Of a stretch of 64,000 bases of DNA, positions 33,117 through 43,008 are shown one piece after another. This DNA is from an uncultured Planctomycetaceae bacterium (GTDB lineage: Bacteria; Planctomycetota; Planctomycetia; Isosphaerales; Isosphaeraceae): assembly GCA_963833985.1 (NCBI GenBank), contig CAWIAD010000002.1, positions 5,568,001 to 5,632,000 on the forward strand. Reading direction: 5' to 3'. The notes under the pieces were generated by a model. The model was not told the origin of the DNA, searched no databases, and was given only the letters and a program-made list of their open reading frames with translations. Position numbers and translations under genes: made by a program. The stretch's first letter is position 1. Each line of letters opens with the position of its first letter.

Positions 33117-35729
33117 ATGTCGAAGTATCAAAGGTCACACTGGCGGTATCCCGTTGCCCTGATTGCCGCTGGCGCAGCCTGGCTCTTCAATCTGACGCTC
33201 GAAGACTGGCTCTACCCCGATATCTTTGCGCCATTCCTGGTCGCGGTCTTCGTTTCGGCGCGGTATGGCGGTCTGCGTCCGGGACTGCTCGCCACACTTT
33301 TCTCGGCGGCGCTGGCCGAGCTTGAGCTTCGCGGTCATGCCGACGCCCTGCCCACGCCGCTGGGCATCGCGGTTCGACTGGGCCTGTTCGGCGGACTGGG
33401 GCTGCTGGTCGTTCGTCTCACGGTTGGACGCAGGCAGGACGAGACGACACTACATACCTTGTGGCGGGCGATCGAGCAGAGTCCCGTCGCCGTGGTGATC
33501 ACCGACGCCGATGGCTTGATCGAGTATGCGAACCCCAAGTTCACGGAAGTGAGCGGATATACGCTCGACGAGGTGCGCGGTCGCAACCCCCGGATCTTCA
33601 AATCCGGCAAGACTCCCCCCGAGCAATACAAACGGCTCTGGGAGACGATCCTGGCCGGCGGCGAGTGGCGCGGGGAGTTTTACAACCGCAGGAAAAACGG
33701 TGAGCTCTACTGGGAACTGGCCTCGATCTCGCCCGTACGCGATGCACTGGGCGCGATCTCGCACTTCGTTGCGGTGAAGGAAGACATCAGCGACCGCAGG
33801 CAGACCGAGGACGCCATGCGGGAAAGCGAGGCCAGAGCGACAGCCCGTGCCGACGAGCTGGCTGCACTCATCAACGCCGTGCCCGCCATGATCACGATTG
33901 CCCACGATCCCGAATGCCGGAAGTTGAGCCGCAGCGTCGCCACGCGCCAGTTCCTCCGCTTCCCGGAGGACGCGAATCCTTCGTTGACGCCCCTCGGGCT
34001 CGAGCCGATGGTCACCTACCGCGCCTGGAGAGACGGCCGCGAGCTGCGGCCCGACGAGCTGCCCATCCGCCTTGCCGCGGACACTGGTCAGGAGCAGAGA
34101 AATGTCGAGTTGACGATCGAGTTCGAGGATGGAACCCGGCGCGACATCATGGGCAACGCGGTGCCACTCTTCGACGCTCGGGGCCAGGTCCGGGGAGCAA
34201 TCAACGCGTTCATCGACATCACCGAGCGAAAGCAGGCTGAGCAGACTATCCGGGAAAGCGAGCTGAGGTTCCGTGCGATGTCCGAGACGCTGCCGAGCAT
34301 GGTCTGGGTGGCGCAGCACGACGGCTCGACCACCTACCTCAGCAGCCGCTGGTACGAGACGACGGGCACCACGCCGGAGACCAGCCTGGGGCGTGGATGG
34401 GTCCAGGAGATCCATCCGGAGGACCGCGCCCACAGCGTCCTCGCATGGGACGAAGCGGTCCAGACAACAACAGTCTACGAGGTCGAACAGCGCCTTCGTT
34501 GCGCGGATGGGAGCTACCGCTGGTTCTTGTCCCGGGCGGTGCCGCGCCGGGATGATGCGGGAGACGTCCTCGAGTGGCTTGGCACCTGTACCGATATCGA
34601 CGACCAGAAGCAGACGCACGCGGCACTCGTGGCAGCGACCCAGGCCAAGGACCGCTTTCTCGCCATCCTCTCGCACGAATTGCGGGCACCCCTGACGCCG
34701 GTACTCCTGGCCATCACGGCCATGCAGGACAGGTCGATCAGTTGCCTGTCTTGCTCGCCAACACTGGAAATGGTGCGCGTCAACATCGAGCTTGAGGCCA
34801 GGCTGATTGAAGACCTGCTGGACGTTTCACGGATCGCCCGCGGCAAGCTGACTTACCGGTTCGAGACGGTCGACATGCACGCCGTGATCGAGCGCACCGT
34901 GAAGACCTGCCACGGCGAGTTGAGCCACAAGGGCCATCGTCTCACGCTTGACTTGGCCGCGGCCGCATACCATGTCCATGGAGATCCCGCGCGGTTGCAG
35001 CAGGTCCTCTGGAATCTCCTCACCAACGCGGCGAAGTACACGCCAGCCGGCGGCCAGATCAGGGTCTGTACGTCCTCTGACAAACTCGGACAACTCATCG
35101 TCCAGGTTCACGACGATGGCGTCGGCGTCCTGACGGAGGACCTGCCGCGCCTCTTCGGTGCATTCGAACGCGGCTACGGCGCCACGGCGTTCCATGCGGG
35201 CGGACTGGGACTGGGCTTGTCGATCTGCCGCTCGATCGCCGAGGCACACCACGGCCGTCTGCAAGGACTCAGCGGAGGACGGCACCAGGGGAGCACGTTC
35301 ATCCTGGAGCTGGCAACGGTCCCCGCACCCTTGCCAGTCATCAATCCCGGTGCGGGGTGTCTCGCCATCGGCGGTCGCAGGCTGCGCATCCTGCTGGCGG
35401 AGGACAACACCACCGCAGCGCGGGTGATCGCCGAAGTTCTCACGTCCAAGGGCCATGTGGTCACTCTGGCGACGTCGTTTCGGAAGGCCATCGAGGCCAG
35501 TACCGGCCCCATCGACCTGCTTCTTAGTGATCTCGACCTCGGGGACGGCAGCGGGCTGGACCTGATGCGGCACCTGCGCTCGCGGTGTGAGATCCCCGGC
35601 ATCGTTCTGAGCGGGTACGCCACGGCGGACGACATCCGCGAGAGCAGGGAAGCAGGATTCGCCGCTCATCTGGCCAAGCCCGTCACACTGGGAACTCTCG
35701 AGCTGGCCATTCAGTCCGTCATGGCCTGA
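33117..35729 (+). CDS. Hybrid sensor histidine kinase (DUF4118-like TM region, 3 PAS, HisKA, HATPase, REC)
   Basis: TM region, PAS/PAC repeats, LSHELRAPL, NLLTNAAKYT, GGLGLGLSI, ILLAEDN...SDLDLGDGSG. Confidence 0.93.
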   Translation: MSKYQRSHWRYPVALIAAGAAWLFNLTLEDWLYPDIFAPFLVAVFVSARYGGLRPGLLATLFSAALAELELRGHADALPTPLGIAVRLGLFGGLGLLVVRLTVGRRQDETTLHTLWRAIEQSPVAVVITDADGLIEYANPKFTEVSGYTLDEVRGRNPRIFKSGKTPPEQYKRLWETILAGGEWRGEFYNRRKNGELYWELASISPVRDALGAISHFVAVKEDISDRRQTEDAMRESEARATARADELAALINAVPAMITIAHDPECRKLSRSVATRQFLRFPEDANPSLTPLGLEPMVTYRAWRDGRELRPDELPIRLAADTGQEQRNVELTIEFEDGTRRDIMGNAVPLFDARGQVRGAINAFIDITERKQAEQTIRESELRFRAMSETLPSMVWVAQHDGSTTYLSSRWYETTGTTPETSLGRGWVQEIHPEDRAHSVLAWDEAVQTTTVYEVEQRLRCADGSYRWFLSRAVPRRDDAGDVLEWLGTCTDIDDQKQTHAALVAATQAKDRFLAILSHELRAPLTPVLLAITAMQDRSISCLSCSPTLEMVRVNIELEARLIEDLLDVSRIARGKLTYRFETVDMHAVIERTVKTCHGELSHKGHRLTLDLAAAAYHVHGDPARLQQVLWNLLTNAAKYTPAGGQIRVCTSSDKLGQLIVQVHDDGVGVLTEDLPRLFGAFERGYGATAFHAGGLGLGLSICRSIAEAHHGRLQGLSGGRHQGSTFILELATVPAPLPVINPGAGCLAIGGRRLRILLAEDNTTAARVIAEVLTSKGHVVTLATSFRKAIEASTGPIDLLLSDLDLGDGSGLDLMRHLRSRCEIPGIVLSGYATADDIRESREAGFAAHLAKPVTLGTLELAIQSVMA

Positions 35730-35839
35730 GAAGACCCCATGAAGCCGCCATCGGACCGGGCGCACGTGATGAAATCGCCGCGCCGGCCGCCTACGATACA
35801 CGGTGGATCAAGCAAACGACCCGGTTGCCCGAGGTTTCC

Positions 35840-37190
35840 ATGTCCAACCTACTGGCTGCGCGGTTGCAAATGGCAATCTCGCTTGGGTTCCATATCGTCT
35901 TCGCGGTGGTCGGCATCGGACTGCCGCTGATGATGGCCATTGCCGAGGCGCTCTGGTTGCGGACCGGGGATCCGGTGTACCGAGTGCTCGCGCAGGCGCT
36001 GGGCGAAAGGCGCCGCGATCCTGTTCGCGGTGGGAGCGGTCTCGGGAACGGTCCTCTCCTTCGAGCTGGGGCTACTCTGGCCGCCGTTCATGAAGTTTGC
36101 CGGGCCGATCATCGGCCTGGGGTTCGGCCTGGAAGGGTTTGCCTTCTTCACCGAGGCCATCTTCCTGGGAATCTACATTTACGGCTGGGAACGCGTACCC
36201 CCCGTCGCGCACTGGCTGGCTGGTGTGATCATCGCGATCTCCGGGCGCTGCTCGGGCGTGCTGGTCGTGTCGGTCAACGCCTGGATGAACACGCCGGCCG
36301 GGTTCGTGCTGGAAGGGGCGAAGGCGGTCGAGATCAACCCGGTCCAGGCCCTCCTGAACCCGGCCCTGATCGCCGAGACGCTGCACATGACGCTGGCGGC
36401 GTATGCGGCAACCGGCCTGCTGGTCGCCGGAGTTCATGCATGGCTGCTGCTGCGCGACCGGCATAACCCATTCCACCGCCAGGCACTCGCCATCGCGCTT
36501 TGTGTGGGTGGCGCGGCCTCGGTGCTGCAGCCGCTCAGCGGGCACTACGCCGCTCAGGTCGTGGCGCGCAACCAGCCCGTGAAACTTGCGGCCATGGAGG
36601 GACAGTTCCGCACCGAGCGCGGGGCTCCGCTGCGAATCGGCGGCTTGCCCGACGTGGCCGCGGAAACCACTCGGTACGCGATCGAGATTCCAGGCGGTCT
36701 CAGCATGCTGGCTTACAACAATCCGCACGCCGAAGTCGCTGGGCTGGACAAGGTCCCGGCCAGTGATCGGCCCCCCGTTCCGGTCGTGCACGTCTCGTTT
36801 CAGATCATGGTCGCCTGCGGCCTGGCAATGGCCTTCGTCTCCCTTTGGGCCGCGGCGCAGGCCTGGAAGCGGCGCTGTGTTCCTGACGATCCGACCCTGC
36901 TGCGAGCGCTGGTGCTGATCAGTCCCCTGGGCATGCTGGCAATCGAGGCGGGCTGGACGGTCACCGAGGTTGGCCGGCAACCGTGGATCGTCCAGGGCGT
37001 GCTGCGCACCGGCGACGCCGTGACGGCCGTGCCAGGTCTCTGGGTATCGCTTGTTGCTTATTCCACGCTCTACGTGCTGCTCGGCCTGGTGGTTGTCGCG
37101 CTGCTGACCGGGGAGTTCCGGTCCAGCCCCCGGGTCGACGAGCTGGCCGCCACGGCTCCGGCGGTCGTCACTACGGAAGAGGCCTCGTGA
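35840..37190 (+). CDS. cydA: Cytochrome bd ubiquinol oxidase subunit I (frameshift near 35995)
   Basis: LAARLQMAISLGFHIVF, then in the next frame GAVSGTVLSFELG, NAWMNTPAG, QPVKLAAMEG, GWTVTEVGRQPW. Confidence 0.93.
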
Positions 37191-38260
37191 TGTCGGCGTT
37201 CTTCCACGTCGTAGACCCGGCCGAGGCGGTTGCCCTGGCGATGCTTATCGCGCTGGTGGCTTACGCCCTGCTCGGTGGTGCCGATTACGGAGCGGGGGTG
37301 TGGGACCTGCTGGCCCGTGGCCCCCGCGCCGAGGCTCAGCGCGAGCTGATCGCGCACGCGATCGGTCCGGTCTGGGAGGCGAATCACGTCTGGCTGATCA
37401 TCGTGATCGTGCTCCTGTTCACGGGCTTTCCCGCGGCCTTCGCGGCGATCATGTCCACGCTCCACGTGCCGCTTTCTCTCATGCTCATCGGCCTGGTCCT
37501 GCGCGGCTCGGCGTTCACGTTCCGCAGCTACGACAACTCGGCCGTGGGGAAGCGCCGCTGGAATCGCGTCTTCTCGATCCCCAGCGTGGTCACGCCCATT
37601 CTGCTGGGAACGGTGATCGGAGCCATTGCCACGGGCCAGCCGGCGCGGGCGCTGGAGTCGGGCCAGCCGGTGCCACTCTTCGCCACCTGGCTGCGGCCGT
37701 TTCCCCTGGTGGTCGGATTATTCGCGCTGAATCTGTTTGCCTACCTGGCTGCCGTTTACCTGACCCTGGAGACCTCCGACACGGCCCTGCGCGAGGACTT
37801 CCGGCGCCGCGCTCTGGTGGCAGCCTGTGTTCTGGCAGCCGTGGCCTGGACCGTTTACGTGCTGGCACGCGCCGAGGCTCCCCTGCTCTTCGAGCGGCTC
37901 GACCACTCACCGTGGGGACGGCCGGTACGCTATGCCACCGGCGCGTTCGCCCTGCTCGCACTGCTGAGCCTGTCCTTCCGGCTCTACCGGCTGGCCAGAG
38001 TCGCTGCCATGGTCCAGGCGGCGCTGATTCTCTGGGGCTGTGCGCTGGCGCAGTATCCGCTGCTGGTCCCTCCCGATCTGGACCTCGCCGGCACCGCGGC
38101 GCCGCCCCTGGTTCACAAGCTCCTGCTGGTCGCGCTGGGGGCCGGCTCGCTCATCCTGCTGCCTTCGCTCTTCTACTTGTTTCGCATTTTCAAGGCGCAC
38201 ACGTTCCGTCGCAGTTCCAGCTCCAGTTCCAGTTCCAGCTCCGGCGGCCATTCCCGCTGA
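37190..38260 (+). CDS. cydB: Cytochrome bd ubiquinol oxidase subunit II
   Basis: GGADYGAG, IGPVWEANHVWL, LRGSAFTFR; multi-TM; follows cydA. Confidence 0.93.
   Translation: MSAFFHVVDPAEAVALAMLIALVAYALLGGADYGAGVWDLLARGPRAEAQRELIAHAIGPVWEANHVWLIIVIVLLFTGFPAAFAAIMSTLHVPLSLMLIGLVLRGSAFTFRSYDNSAVGKRRWNRVFSIPSVVTPILLGTVIGAIATGQPARALESGQPVPLFATWLRPFPLVVGLFALNLFAYLAAVYLTLETSDTALREDFRRRALVAACVLAAVAWTVYVLARAEAPLLFERLDHSPWGRPVRYATGAFALLALLSLSFRLYRLARVAAMVQAALILWGCALAQYPLLVPPDLDLAGTAAPPLVHKLLLVALGAGSLILLPSLFYLFRIFKAHTFRRSSSSSSSSSSGGHSR
38213..38242 (+). repeat. Hexamer repeat AG(T/C)TCC encoding a poly-Ser tail of CydB
   Basis: agttccagctccagttccagttccagctcc. Confidence 0.75.
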
Positions 38261-38424
38261 CACCCCCATTTCACTTGAGACGGCCGAAGGTCCGACCTCG
38301 TAAAACCGGCCTGACCGGCTTTCGAAGCATCGTTTCCTGCTCGGGCGAAGCTCGGTGCATCGTGGCGGCCCTTGTGGAGGTGCACAGCGAGCGTCACTCC
38401 AGCGGCTGTCGAGAGTTCCGTAGT

Positions 38425-40782
38425 CTATGCGGAGGCTTGCGCACGGCCCGTGGCCTCGGAATCTCCCGGGCATTCGGCGAGGACCATGCCCCAGAGGCGC
38501 TGGGCTTCGGCGCGGTCGCCGCGCTCTTGGGCCAGTGCGGCCAGGTTGCGCAGCGTCAGGTGGCCGTAGATGCCCTGGTCGACGCTGCAAAACTGCTCCG
38601 GACGCTTCAAGCTCAAGATCCGCCGCCAGTGAACTTCGGCCTCGGCGGGCTGGGCCGCCTTGCGATGGAGGATCGCCTTGCGGAAGTGCAGCTCGGCGTC
38701 GTCGGGGTCGAGCCGTAACCCCGCGGCGCAGGCGCCCAGGGCCGAGGGGGTGTCCTCCAGCATCTGGTGGCAGCGGGCGAGCAGGGCATAGAGCTTGCGC
38801 ACGATCGAGGCGGTGGGGTCCGACCTGTGCAGGCTCTGCTGGAGGTATCCGATCGCCGTCGGCCAGTCGCGCCGCTCCACGGCGATCGCGCCCAGGTTGA
38901 AGAGCACGAACGGGTCGTCGGGCCGCTCGGCCAGCTCGGCTTCGAGGATCTTGCCGTCGCGCTGGAGCTTCCGCTCCCGCAGCTCCGGATCGGTGTAGCC
39001 CGTGTGCCGCACCGTGATGTCGGTCCAGCGCACCGGCACGTTCGCATGCCGCAAGGCCGGCAAGATCTGCTCATGCACCGCATACGTCCAGCGCACGTCC
39101 TCGCGCACCGGAAACAGCCGGATATGGTCCACCACCGTCTGCCCGCTATCCCCATGCGGCCCCGGATCGCACGAGCACCGCACCACGTACGCCGCCTGCT
39201 CCGCATCGCCCGCCCGGCTGCGGTGGCCCGGTGTCGTGGGTCGAGTGTCCGCGCGAGGCCCACCAACCTGCACCGCATCGCCAGCCCGGTAGGGTGGGTC
39301 GAGCGTTCTCGCGAGGCCCACCGGAACACCTCTGTCGTCAACGTTGTGAACCGGCAATTCCTCCAGCAACTTCCGCAACTTCTCCCGCTCCGGCGGGTCC
39401 ACCACATCGTCGGCATCGAGCCAGAAGGCATAATCGCCGGTCGCCCGCGCCAGGGCGGCGTTGCGGGCCGCGGCGAAGTCATTGACCCAGACAAAATCAA
39501 AGACCCGTGCCCCGAACTCGCGGGCGATCTCGCGCGTGCGGTCGGTCGAGCCGGTGTCCACCACCACGATCTCGTCGAAGACCCCCGCCACGGAGGCCAG
39601 GCAGTTCGGCAGGTTGCCCTCCTCGTTCCGCACGATCATCGTCAGCGAAACCCTGGCCCGGCGCGTCGGTGTCGAAGCGTGCCCGGCGCCATTGGCCTGC
39701 GGTTGCCCGGTTTGTTCTTGCGGCTCTCGACCGGTCCACGGTAACAGGCTCACGCTCCGGCGTCCGCCGACGTCGGTACCCCACTTCTCCGCGAACCTGC
39801 GGCCGTTCTCCTCCAGCAACCGCGCTGCATCGATACCGTTGCCCTGCAACGTCCGGCTGCCGAAGTGGTGGACGAACAGGTCGTGCGCCACGGCCAGGGA
39901 AAACCCGGCCCTTCGTGCGCGCTCAGCCAGGTCATCGTCGTCGAACAGTCCCAGCCCGAACCGTTCGTCGAGCCCGCCGATCGTTTCATAAACCGCCCGT
40001 TTCATGAGCAAGCAAAACCCCGAAAGCTTCCCCGCCGTGAACCACTGCCCGCGCCGCTCCTCGCGCCATCGCCGCGCAAACGCGTGCATCTCCTCGAGGC
40101 TCGCATACGGCACGTTCTGCACCAGTTGTGGCGGCGAGGCATAATTCGACATCGGACCGACCAGGCCAATCCTTCCCCCTTCTTCCCCCTTCGTGTTCTT
40201 GGTGTTCTTCGTGGTTCCAACTCCGTCCATTTCCGCCATTTCGTAGGGTGGGTCAGCGGCGTACCCGTCGCGCAACCCACCGTGATTCGGTCGGCACTCG
40301 GGATTGCTCTTCGTGTGTTTCGTGGTTCCTTCCCAATCCTTCTCCGTGGTGCGATCGGTGAAGTGGGCAGCGGTTCTCGTTTCCTCCGTGATCTCTGTGT
40401 GCTCTGTGGTTTGTTGATCTTTTGATTTTATTTCCGCCAGTGCGATGAGCTGATCGAGCCAGCCGTCAGTGACCACGGCATCGTTGTTCAGCAGCACGAG
40501 ATAATCTCCTCGCGCCGCCTTCAGCCCCTGGTTGACGGCCGCGGGGAAGCCGATGTTGTGCTCGTTGCGAATGATGGCCACGGGCATCGGCGCGACGTCC
40601 TGCACGCCGGCCAGGTAGCTCGCCGTGCCGTCGGACGAGCCGTTATCGACGACGATCAGCTCCCAAGGCCGGCGCGTGTGCCGCACCAGCGCGGCGAGGC
40701 ACGGCCGCGTGAACTCAAGCTGGTTCCAGCAGGGGATGATGATCGAAGCCAGGCCCTGGCGTGCCGACCCGTTCAAGTTCAT
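38425..40782 (-). CDS. Glycosyltransferase: GT2 + GT2 (SunS/flagellin-GT-like) + TPR repeats, with in-frame repeat insertions
   Basis: SIIIPCWNQ...VVDNGSSDG...LLNND; second domain SLTMIVRNEE...VVDTGSTD...WLDADD...VHEQI; C-terminal TPRs (PDDPFVLFNLG). Confidence 0.9.
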   Translation of the reverse strand: MNLNGSARQGLASIIIPCWNQLEFTRPCLAALVRHTRRPWELIVVDNGSSDGTASYLAGVQDVAPMPVAIIRNEHNIGFPAAVNQGLKAARGDYLVLLNNDAVVTDGWLDQLIALAEIKSKDQQTTEHTEITEETRTAAHFTDRTTEKDWEGTTKHTKSNPECRPNHGGLRDGYAADPPYEMAEMDGVGTTKNTKNTKGEEGGRIGLVGPMSNYASPPQLVQNVPYASLEEMHAFARRWREERRGQWFTAGKLSGFCLLMKRAVYETIGGLDERFGLGLFDDDDLAERARRAGFSLAVAHDLFVHHFGSRTLQGNGIDAARLLEENGRRFAEKWGTDVGGRRSVSLLPWTGREPQEQTGQPQANGAGHASTPTRRARVSLTMIVRNEEGNLPNCLASVAGVFDEIVVVDTGSTDRTREIAREFGARVFDFVWVNDFAAARNAALARATGDYAFWLDADDVVDPPEREKLRKLLEELPVHNVDDRGVPVGLARTLDPPYRAGDAVQVGGPRADTRPTTPGHRSRAGDAEQAAYVVRCSCDPGPHGDSGQTVVDHIRLFPVREDVRWTYAVHEQILPALRHANVPVRWTDITVRHTGYTDPELRERKLQRDGKILEAELAERPDDPFVLFNLGAIAVERRDWPTAIGYLQQSLHRSDPTASIVRKLYALLARCHQMLEDTPSALGACAAGLRLDPDDAELHFRKAILHRKAAQPAEAEVHWRRILSLKRPEQFCSVDQGIYGHLTLRNLAALAQERGDRAEAQRLWGMVLAECPGDSEATGRAQASA
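39201..39322 (+). repeat. Two direct copies of a GTAG-type REP-like palindrome inside the GT gene
   Basis: gtagggtgggtcgagcgttctcgcgaggcccacc (39289-39322) and gtcgtgggtcgagtgtccgcgcgaggcccacc (39233-39264), each preceded by ccgcatcgcc(c/a)gcccgg. Confidence 0.75.
40172..40430. repeat. Cluster of REP-like elements inside the GT gene
   Basis: cttcgtgttcttggtgttcttcgtggtt, gtagggtgggtc...acccacc, cttcgtgtgtttcgtggtt, ctccgtgatctctgtgtgctctgtggtt. Confidence 0.75.
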
Positions 40783-40935
40783 GACCGCTGCCCCCTGGAC
40801 GTTGAAAAATCCTGGTGCTTCGCCCCACCCCGCTCACTTCTCCACATCGATCTCAACGACCCGACAGAGGACGAAGATACGTCCCGATCGGGCCGGACGA
40901 GGCTCTCGTAACGCTCAAAGTCAGGATAACCATCG

Positions 40936-41135
40936 AACCACAGAGCACACAGAGAACACGGAGGGAAGACGACGGACGAGAGTAGATATGATCGACGACG
41001 GCGGATTGGTTGAACGAGATCACTGATCGGCCGGGGTCCCAGGGGTTCGAGCAAGATCGAATCGGAAAGAATGCCTATCTCGATCCCTGGCGGGTTTCTC
41101 TCCATGATCTCCGTGATCTCCGTGATCTCCGTGGT
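40936..41135. repeat. Inverted pair of 9-nt-periodic AACCAC(A/G)GAG-type repeats
   Basis: aaccacagagcacacagagaacacggag on + and ctccgtgatctccgtgatctccgtggtt (reverse complement aaccacggagatcacggagatcacggag). Confidence 0.75.
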
Positions 41136-41210
41136 TAGGTGTATTGATATTCGTTTGCGCTCCGCGGTCGCGGTCTATCCAACCGCACCGTCCCGCGGCT
41201 TTCTGTCGTC

Positions 41211-41573
41211 TCATTGGTCAATCTCGCGGGCCAGGTAGTAATAGAGTGGCTCGCCGTGGATGATCACCGGCTCGAGCGCCTTGGTGACCGGGTTGCGGTC
41301 CATGACCAGGTAGCGCGTGGGCCTGTCCTCGAACACGGCCGTCTTGCCGTCGCGCCCCGTGATCTTGATGACGCCGCGGGCCGGGTCGCGAGTGATCTCG
41401 ACCCTGGGCTTGCGCTTCAGCTCGGCCTCCAGCTCCGCCAGCCGGGCCAGCGTCGCCGGCGCCTCCTCGACGGTCAGCAGTTTTCCGTAGCCGTCATACA
41501 CGTACGTGAAGACCGCCGCATCGGTCTGGGTCTCGCCCGCTTCACGCACTTGGTCCGGCACGTTCCCGTCCAT
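41211..41573 (-). CDS. Small hypothetical protein with one YD-like motif; paralogue of 41657-42079
   Basis: Upstream gaggag RBS, FTYVYDGYGKLLTV, C-terminal FEDRPTRYLVMDRNPVTKALEPVIIHGEPLYYYLARE. Confidence 0.7.
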   Translation of the reverse strand: MDGNVPDQVREAGETQTDAAVFTYVYDGYGKLLTVEEAPATLARLAELEAELKRKPRVEITRDPARGVIKITGRDGKTAVFEDRPTRYLVMDRNPVTKALEPVIIHGEPLYYYLAREIDQ

Positions 41574-41656
41574 TGTGATACTCCTCGCCTGGTTGAAGAT
41601 TCATGCACCCTCGCTCAAAATCCGCCCCTCACAACCCGCCTCGTGAGATCCCTCGA

Positions 41657-42079
41657 TCAATTCCACTGTTCCAAATTCTCATCGGTGTTCACCTGTGGCT
41701 CGTTCCCGTCTTCATCCGCGGCCGTATCGGTTTCTTTCGCCAGGTGGTAATACACCGGGCTGCCCCACTCCATGGCGGGCCTGATCTTGCCCGTGCTGGG
41801 GTCGCGCTCCATGAACAGGAACCGTTGTGGCCGGTCGTCGAACCTGGCTGTCTCCTGGCCTTCGGTGGTCATCTGGATGACATGCCGCGAGTGGTCGTAG
41901 CTCACTTCGGTCGTCGGATCGCCGTCCCACACGAGCGACCGGTACCCGCGCCGCGCCACGCCTTCGCAGAAGTGGTGCGTGCCATCCTCGGTCGTGTAGG
42001 TGGAGATGTACCTGGGATGCTCGGACCTGGACTCGATCAATTCATCGTCCGACGTGCTCATGGCAGCGTTCTCCGTCAA
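41657..42079 (-). CDS. Small hypothetical protein; paralogue of 41211-41573
   Basis: FDDRPQRFLFMERDPSTGKIRPAMEWGSPVYYHLAKE aligns with the neighbour. Start could be 42061. Confidence 0.7.
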   Translation of the reverse strand: MTENAAMSTSDDELIESRSEHPRYISTYTTEDGTHHFCEGVARRGYRSLVWDGDPTTEVSYDHSRHVIQMTTEGQETARFDDRPQRFLFMERDPSTGKIRPAMEWGSPVYYHLAKETDTAADEDGNEPQVNTDENLEQWN

Positions 42080-42119
42080 GTGTGGCGAATGAAGTGGTCA
42101 AGGCGTGCCCAATCGCACT

Positions 42120-42200
42120 CGCGTCCCCGTTGCGGCTCCTGAGCGTGACGTTCGGCTGGCCGGCGCCGCCGAGCAGGTCGAGCCAGCGAGCATGTTGCCG
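42120..42200 (-). pseudogene. Vestigial start of a fourth Rhs orphan cassette
   Basis: Reads GNMLAGST/GGAGQPNVTLRS with a frameshift, versus GNMLTDSTSGGTGQPSVTLTS in cassette 1. Confidence 0.75.
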
Positions 42201-42290
42201 CGAATCCTCGTAAATCGAAGTACGTGGACGTTCAAGGCTTTATCCATCCTACGCAGATCGCTCGCGATAAGGGGGATGTCCCCTTCAGCC
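42201..42290. repeat. Cassette junction element copy A (90 bp)
   Basis: Ungapped match to 47858-47947 at 75/90 positions (manual count). Confidence 0.9.
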
Positions 42291-42307
42291 CCCCCCATCG
42301 TTTATGG

Positions 42308-42871
42308 CTAGTCGGTGGGGACCGCATCAACAATTGACCAATCGACTCCTTCGGGGAACTTGAATTTGCTGGGAGGCACTAATTTCAGAACGTCAAATCC
42401 GCTAATTAAAAGCAATGCGTAGTACGAGGCCTTCCTCGTAGCAACGGGCTGGCTTTCGTCCGTGAGAATAGCTTTAACAAACCTTATAAATCCTCTGTCA
42501 TTTCGCGACGAGCCCCTGCCAAGCTTGTATATGGCAGCTGCCCTGACACTGTCGTCCGGATCTTGCGACGCGACTCTTTGACACACTTGCAATACTCTGT
42601 CATCTATTCCCCATCTCTCAATTATCATATCTAAAACAGACATCCGAACGGCGGGGTCAGGGTGGTTGAGCCGGGCTTCTGCCGCGGCACGGTCACACTC
42701 TAGGATCTCAGGGCAACTAATTAACAGCCGCGCCCGTCTCTCGTCCCTCCTACGGGAGAATGCACTTTCGACCCTTCGAATCTTGTGTCCGAGATCCGTG
42801 AAAGTCTCGCCAAATCCTCGGACCTCCTCTATTTCCCTGCGGTAGTAGACTCCGTCTTCGTCTCGAGCCAT
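42308..42871 (-). CDS. HEAT-repeat protein, putative immunity partner of cassette 3
   Basis: LNHPDPAVRMSVL, QDPDDSVRAAAIYKLG, DESQPVATRKASYYAL; low GC; directly after tip 3. Confidence 0.75.
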   Translation of the reverse strand: MARDEDGVYYRREIEEVRGFGETFTDLGHKIRRVESAFSRRRDERRARLLISCPEILECDRAAAEARLNHPDPAVRMSVLDMIIERWGIDDRVLQVCQRVASQDPDDSVRAAAIYKLGRGSSRNDRGFIRFVKAILTDESQPVATRKASYYALLLISGFDVLKLVPPSKFKFPEGVDWSIVDAVPTD

Positions 42872-43008
42872 CGCCGCTGCCTCCACAACCGTTCGTGCTA
42901 GAGTGAGGTTACTCTTGACCCATCGACTGTTCACGCAAGCTCGGCTCATTGGAATACTAAGCAGGCCGCCGAGCAAGCGGAATTGAGCATTCTTTAATGA
43001 AGTGCCGC

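Noticed and set aside
42098..42298. Peptide EGDxPLIASxLRRMDKALNV as a conserved protein leader (also at 47858-47976)
   Set aside because: It is the translation of the junction element. It is absent from the main gene and the other cassettes and has no convincing RBS, so I treat it as non-coding, though translation of cassette 2 from 47976 is not excluded.
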